A stretch of 64,000 bases of DNA. Origin: Eledone cirrhosa. Its lineage: Eukaryota. The stretch spans positions 80,352,001 to 80,416,000 of the forward strand of contig OZ024745.1 in the NCBI GenBank assembly GCA_964016885.1. Direction: 5' to 3'. How positions within the stretch are numbered: the first letter of the stretch is position 1; the number at the start of each line of letters is the position of its first letter. The notes under the pieces are model-generated. The model was given only the letters and a program-made list of their open reading frames with translations, made no database searches and was not told the DNA's origin. This document shows positions 57,700-64,000 of this stretch, piece by piece. The position numbers and the translations under genes are program-made.

Positions 57700-58035
57700 C
57701 AGAAGACCCGACTTCCCATGGGAACAAGCCAAAGCCGAAGCATATAGACAATATGCCCCCATCCCCTCCTACTGCAAAGTGGTCTTGGAGGGGTCACGTC
57801 GAAAAAGCACCCAGCCCACACTGGTGAGTGGACGTGTTGGCACCACGGAAAAAAAGCACCCAGCACTCACTGTAAATGAGGTTGGTGTTAGGAAGGGCAT
57901 CCAGCTGTAGAAATCAAGCCAAAATCAGTTCCCGTATGAGCAAGACAAAGTCACCCGACCTAACATTGCCCAAAACAGGACAACCGGTCTAACCCATGCT
58001 AGCGTGGAAGAATGGACGTAAAACGGTGATGATGA
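57700..58035 (+). mobile_element. RTE 3'UTR copy
   Basis: Near-identical to 23345-23685. Confidence 0.85.
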
Positions 58036-59525
58036 TATATATAAATACATGAATATATGTTTGTATGCGTATATATATGCAGCTAAGACCAACCATTGCC
58101 CTAATACCTAATTAAAGACAGTCAGCAAATCAAAACCAACTTCGAACCCAAACCAGGTGGACTGGATGCTTTTTGTAATGTCACCAGCATGACCACCTTA
58201 CAAGGTGAACTGGGTGGCGTTTTCTTGTCTTGCCAACACAACCACCTTGATCAGCATACAGGGTGGACTTAGTGCTTTTTTTTTTCATGGCAACAGCATT
58301 GTTGGAGATCAGATGTAGAGCATGTCCAGCTTTCATGCTTGTATGCATGGATTGGGCAGGAGAGGTGTATCATGGGTGAGGAGTGAGGTTTTTTGGGGGA
58401 AGCAGGGAACAAGTAAGCAAGTTCAACATGGACAAGGTGCGTGGGATATTTAGTTGGTGAGGCGAGGGAAGTATTATGATTAGGGAGATGTAAAGAGAAG
58501 ATTGGTGCAGATTAATGTGTTTGTTTCATCCTGTGGACATGGGAAGGTAGGTTTTCTGCAGTACAACATAACGCCAGATATCTCGATTCTGTGTCATTTC
58601 CTTTGTGAGTTTTAATTGGACAAGGTCAGGTTTTATCACTTCATTCCAAATTTTCCAAGGTCTTCCTCTTCCATAGTTTTCATCAACTTAAAGCGCACTT
58701 CATATTTTTATACAGCTGTCATCCTCCATACACATCACATGTCCATACCAATCTGACCTCTCTTATGCCTAGTTTCTGGTCTCCTGCACACAGTGCCTTG
58801 GTCTCACTTCTTTGCAACATTGTTGTTCGAACACAAGCGATAATTGTAATATCTATACATATTTTAAAAGAGATGTTTGTTGGTTGGTTGGTTCCTTTGT
58901 ACTCACTCACATAAGTGACACAAACACACAGCTGTGAGGAATCTTAGAATGTTGGACTTCTATAGTTTCTCACCACCCCTCCTGCTTCAGTCATCACATA
59001 GATGTGTGTGTATGTAATAATTATATTTTTCTATGTGTGCCTGTTTATATATATGTATGTGCGTTTGTAATTCTATTGTCTATGTATTTTTCTAAATAAA
59101 CACATATACACTCACGCAAATATTCTATATAAATATAATTTACACAAACACTCACATAATCATAACAGCCAATGTGTGTAGCCAATTCGCTATACATATA
59201 GACACACAGGTGTAGCGAATGCTAAACACCCCTTCCTCCCTCAGCCATCTCTAGTGTGTGACGACAAATACATAAGGCTTTTTTTTTATATTAGTAGTCA
59301 TAAATAATGTAAATGCATACAAGTGTGTGTATATATATATAATGTCTATGTCTACCTGTGTGTGTATATATATACACCTCCAGCCCACACTGTAAATGTA
59401 GTTGGTGTTAGGAAGAGTATTCAGCCGTAAAAACCAAGCTAGAAACAGTTCTGTGTGAGCCTGTCACGGTCACCTGACCCATGCTAGCATGGAAAAATGG
59501 ACGTTAAATGATGATGATGATGTAT

Positions 59526-59893
59526 ATTTATAGAAAAGCACCTGTTGAGGTTCGCTAAGAAATTTTTTCTAGGTTTTTCCGTGTTTTCAAATAATCTGAC
59601 CTCAAAAATGTTCTCAATCGATTTTCCACTGATTTTCCCAGTCTCGGAGTTTTCTTCGGTGTGAAATTTTTTTTTTTTTCGTTTGTTTTCCATCAATCTA
59701 ACATTCGACTCCCTCGCAAATTTTACACAAAAGCACCCGCTGACGTTCGATAAGATGTTTTTTTCCTTGGCGCCCCCCCCCCTCATTATCGGGGGGGGGG
59801 GGCTCGATTGCTAGCATGTCGCAGGTCAAATTAGTTGAAAACACGGAAAAAAACTTTTTCTTAGCGAACCCCAGAGGGTGCCTTTCAATAAAT
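59526..59893. mobile_element. MITE with ~75-bp imperfect TIRs, superfamily unassigned
   Basis: ATTTATAGAAAAGCACC..GGTTCGCTAAGAAA..CCGTGTTTTCAA vs TTGAAAACACGG..TTCTTAGCGAACC..GGTGCCTTTCAATAAAT. Confidence 0.7.
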
Positions 59894-60294
59894 TTATCCA
59901 ATTTATAACTAATGATATCAGAAAACCATTTTTTTACAGAATATATTAAATATACATTAATTTCGTTATATTTTTCTATTATTCAGTAACAGAGTGGGAA
60001 TATAAGACCCCAATTTCTCTATTTTACCGAGGAATAAATAGTGTTACTTTATCAAGCTTTGGTAAATATATAACAGATGTAAGCATGCAATAAAAACAAT
60101 AATAAACAGGTTTAAACTAATTTGTATACATAAACCTATGTAATTTAGAACAAAATAATAAATACATTATTTTTTGTGTTACCAAAAACAATGAAATCAA
60201 AATACATATATTTAAATGTTAACTTTCGAAATCAATTTTGTAATTTCATATATATACACACGCAATTATATATATATATATTCTTTGGGAAATG

Positions 60295-60553
60295 TAGGAA
60301 TCCCAAAAGCAGAAAATAACAATAATCGATCGCTATAAATAATAGTTTAAAAAACCGGTTAAAATACCGTCTTTATGTGTATTTTACCCAATTTTCTAAG
60401 CTATTATTTAGACAGATCATATCTAGAGGTTATTTTACCAGGTTTTCTGAACTATTATTTATAGACAGACAATCTCTAGGGGTATTTTACCCCTATTTAT
60501 TATTTATAACAATCGACTGTTGTTGCAGTTATTTTCTGCGTTTGGGATGCCTA
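60295..60553. mobile_element. MITE with TAGG..CCTA termini and internal ~60-bp tandem repeats
   Basis: TAGGAATCCCAAAAGCAGAAAATAAC / GTTATTTTCTGCGTTTGGGATGCCTA. Confidence 0.65.
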
Positions 60554-60596
60554 AATTTTCTAAAGAATTTCAAATAACTAAGCGTTTTGAAACTTT

Positions 60597-61185
60597 GGCG
60601 TTCCTTACTTTTAGCGGTCGCAATAATGAAAGTATATTTATTTTCATTTTCGAACGTCGCGTTTACATTTTGTGTGTGTGTTTAAACGAAACATGCTGGC
60701 GACGAAGCTTCTTTGCACGGCTCCATGTGTTCTCTATGAGCTGTATGTGCACATCAGGGTCCGCAGGATCTACAAAGTTCTGTTCGTGCACCACATCATG
60801 AACGTAAATCCCACCTTCAATTTCCGAATAGGAAGCTCAACCATCGGAGATGATGCGGCTGCCTGGCAAAATCCCTGCTGAATGATGGGGACGAGAGTGT
60901 CACGGCTTTGATTTGGGACTTCTACAAGGCAGCGGCGTCAGGAATGGCGGACTCCCTATTCTGCAAGCCTCATTACAAGATTACTTCGGTATTGAGTACT
61001 CTTCTCTCAACCGTCAACTACACACACACATATATATAATCAGTTAAAACGACAGAGGCTCTGATTTTGTCTTTAATCTCAGTAACTAATTTAGATCTAA
61101 ACACACACACAAAATGTAAACACGACGTTCGAAAATGAAAATAAATTTACTTTCATTATTGCGATCGCTAAAAGTAAGGAACGCC
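60597..61185 (-). mobile_element. Merlin (IS1016/IS1595-like) DNA transposon deletion derivative
   Basis: ~88-bp TIRs GGCGTTCCTTACTTTTAGCG../..CGCTAAAAGTAAGGAACGCC; internal minus-strand remnant VPNQSRDTLVPII/ILPGSRIISDG*ASY..Y.H..VH..NFVDP..VHIQLIENTWSRAK. Confidence 0.8.
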
Positions 61186-61747
61186 CTTTGTTTATATTTT
61201 AAAAAATGTATATAACATATTGGCAAAATAATATTAAAGTGAAGAAAAATATAATAATGTGGTTAATTCACCCCAAAAATGTGGACAAGTGTTTTATGTG
61301 GTCATTCGTCAACTCTTCATTGAAACGAAACAAGCTTCAACCTTCGTTTCCGGTGAGGAACGTAAAAGACACACTACACACAAACATTTTACAATTATAA
61401 ACTTATATATTATTAGTTTATAATTTATATTGCTTCAACAAATCCGCAGAATTAATTTTACTTTGATATGTAATATTAAAAAGAAAATTTAATATAGTAA
61501 GTGGTTAATTAAAGCAAAAAACGAAGAGACGAAGAATGTAAAAACACCAAGATGGAACATTATTATATTGTGAGCGACAAATGATATTTCTTAAAAGCAA
61601 AACAAAACAAAAACAACAAAAAACTTTCTTCCTACTGCATCCATCCTCATGTATTGATCTATTTTATTTTATTACATTATATTGTTAATAAGCACACCGG
61701 TGATATAAGTCGGTTAAATATGGTAAGATGTGTATATATATTCGAGA

Positions 61748-61778
<31 letters not shown>

Positions 61779-61799
61779 GAGTGTGTGTATGTATAAATA

Positions 61800-63057
61800 C
61801 GATGGCAATCCCCAAAGTAAGGTCTCCTTTTTTTTTAGAAATACAAACAACCGTTTATTTTCTATAATATTTACATAATTTTAAAGGTTGAACAATTATT
61901 TATTTTTCTACATAATCGCCATTTCGGTCGATGCATTTTTGTAGACGCTGTGGCAGTTTTTGTATGCCCATGTCATACCAGCTCGCCGCCATGTTCTCAA
62001 GGAAGCGTTGAACCTCGTCTTTCACCTCTTCGTTGGAGCAGAATCGCCTTCCGGCCAAATGTTCTTTCAACTTAGGGAACAGGTGGTAGTCACTGGGTAC
62101 CAAGTCCGGACTATAGGGTGGGTGGGTGATGATTTCCCAACCAAAGTTTTGCAGGAGAGCGACGGTTTGACGGGCGACGTGTGGGCGAGCGTTGTCGTGG
62201 AGAATGCTTACGCCCTTGCTCAACATTCCTCTTCTCCGGTTCTGAATTGCCCATCTGAGTTTTTTCAGTGTTTCACAGTACCTGTCAGCGTTTATTGTGG
62301 TCCCAGCAGGCATAAAGTCGACCAACAAAACCCCCTTCCGGTCCCAAAACACATTCGCCATGACTTTACCGGCAGACTGTGTAAAGTGGAATGCCCAGGT
62401 TTCGTCACCCGTGACAATCGAGTCCAAGAAGTTGTCCTTTTCGTCTTCATAGCGGCGAAAAAATTCGCGGGAAGAATCAACTCGTTGCCGTTTGTGGTCT
62501 TCTGTCAGCATTCGTGGAACCCATCTTGCGCACACCTTCCGATATTGCAACTTTTCCGTTAAAATCCTGTGGATGGTGCTTCGGGAAACTTCAGGAACCA
62601 AAATGCAGAGAGCACCCAGAGTGATCCGCCGATCTTTACGCATGTTTTCCTCAACCTTTGCGACTGTCTCGTCGGAAATTGACGGTCTCCCGCTCCTTTG
62701 TTCGTCGTGAATTTCAGTACGACCGGCTGTAAACTCTCTACACCACTTGCGAACGTTTTTGACATCCATGCACGACTGTCCGTACACTTCCGTCAATTGG
62801 CGATGAATTTCAATCGGTTCAACGCCTTTTGCGTTCAAAAACCGAATAACTGCGCGAACTTCGCACTTGGCGGTAGCGTTCAACGGGAGCTCCATTCTCA
62901 ACGGCTGCCAAGCCAAGATTGAGCATCCCAGCGAAGCGCGCGCATGCTTGTTTGGGAGTGAAGGAAGCACCAATCACAACAGTGTTGCCAACAGCCGTAC
63001 GAACAGTTTTTCTGCGTCCCCATCGCTTTGGAGACCTTACTTTTGGGATTACCCTCG
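61800..63057 (-). mobile_element. mariner (D,D34D) transposon, 1258 bp
   Basis: 28-bp TIRs CGA(T/G)GG(C/T)AATCCC(C/A)AAAGTAAGGTCTCC; TA TSDs at 61798-61799 and 63058-63059. Confidence 0.95.
61900..62895 (-). CDS. mariner transposase, 331 aa from the ATG at 62895, open but with an apparent in-frame deletion
   Basis: HTH region, WVPRML, VTGDETW, HDNARPH, YSPDLVPSD (34 residues between D2 and D3); DETWAFHFT runs straight into QSAGKVM. Confidence 0.85.
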   Translation of the reverse strand: MELPLNATAKCEVRAVIRFLNAKGVEPIEIHRQLTEVYGQSCMDVKNVRKWCREFTAGRTEIHDEQRSGRPSISDETVAKVEENMRKDRRITLGALCILVPEVSRSTIHRILTEKLQYRKVCARWVPRMLTEDHKRQRVDSSREFFRRYEDEKDNFLDSIVTGDETWAFHFTQSAGKVMANVFWDRKGVLLVDFMPAGTTINADRYCETLKKLRWAIQNRRRGMLSKGVSILHDNARPHVARQTVALLQNFGWEIITHPPYSPDLVPSDYHLFPKLKEHLAGRRFCSNEEVKDEVQRFLENMAASWYDMGIQKLPQRLQKCIDRNGDYVEK

Positions 63058-63061
63058 TATA

Positions 63062-63330
63062 TGCACGGTGTGTGGCTCAGTGGTTAGGGTGTTCGGCTCG
63101 CAATCGTGATTTAGATTCTCGTTCCATGCGGTGCGTTGTGTCTTTGAGAAAGACACTTTATTTTACGTTGCCCCAGTTCACTCAGCTGGTAAAAGTGAGT
63201 TGTATCTGTCACTCTGAATTTCCCTGAGAACTATGTTATAGGTGCACACACGTGGAATGCTCAGCCACTTACACATTGATTTCATAAACAGGCAGTTCCG
63301 TTGACTGAAGCACTCGTCGTCGGAATACGT
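63062..63330 (+). mobile_element. CORE-like tRNA SINE
   Basis: A-box TGGCTCAGTGG; gttgtgtctttgagaaagacactttatttt as in 42978-43264. Confidence 0.75.
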
Positions 63331-64000
63331 GTGTGTATATATATGTATGTATATATCTATATATGTATATATCTAGAACTACAGATATTTCTTTCCTTTT
63401 CCAAAATAGTAGGGTGTGTGTTTGGGCCTCTAGGTTGCGGCTTCTGTTGTAATTCCTTACATATTTATATCCCTCTACTAAATTTATAAATTAATTATAC
63501 TATAAAAAAATTAAAAAAAAACACAACGGCGTCATCCAGTTGTCCGAAAGTTCATATATAAATCTACTTTACAATTTCGTTTTTTTTTTCAGTTAATGCT
63601 TATTATTTTTATATAATTAAAAACACATCCATCTGTCTATCTATCTGTCTTTTCTCAAAGCTGAGTCTGGGTGGGTCATCAGGTGATTTATTTTATTCAT
63701 CATCACCATTGGGTTAGATGGTCAGCATGTCACAGGAAAGAATCTCGGGACAGATAGGAGACTCAGGGGTAGACTCCGTGCAAATAACATCCATGGCCTC
63801 GCTTGGGACAGGACCTAGAAGGTGTGTTTGAGGACTCTTCCTCCATGACCCTCCCAGTAATAAGAGAGCAAAAAAGTACTGGGATTAGACAAGTCAGGTG
63901 ACCATGTCTTTAGCATGCAATCTATTTTGGCATGATTTCTACAGTTGGATGCCCTAGCTATTGCCAACCACTTTACAGCATTTATTGGGTGCACCAACTC

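Overview
Eukaryotic, AT-rich, repeat-dense animal DNA. The SINE/RTE repeat families suggest an octopod cephalopod, which is an inference. Two spliced protein-coding genes lie on the minus strand. SET/TAF-I (NAP family histone chaperone) has 8 core exons at 8626-13872 giving 278 aa, a U12-type GT-AG intron 2 and a candidate 24-nt acidic microexon. RPUSD1 (RluA-family pseudouridine synthase) has 4 coding exons at 44326-51601 giving 289 aa. Most of the rest is transposon-derived: many RTE-clade LINE fragments (one family carrying a PHD-like finger), a near-intact 3.3 kb APE-RT LINE with an 11-bp TSD, CRE, L1/Tx1 and CR1 LINE 3' ends, tRNA-derived SINEs, a near-intact mariner, a Merlin derivative, hAT and piggyBac MITEs, Helitrons, and Penelope-like hairpin elements with hammerhead ribozyme cores inserted in (TA)n. 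Most short ORFs in the supplied track are microsatellite or repeat artefacts. All calls come from manual reading; no searches were run.
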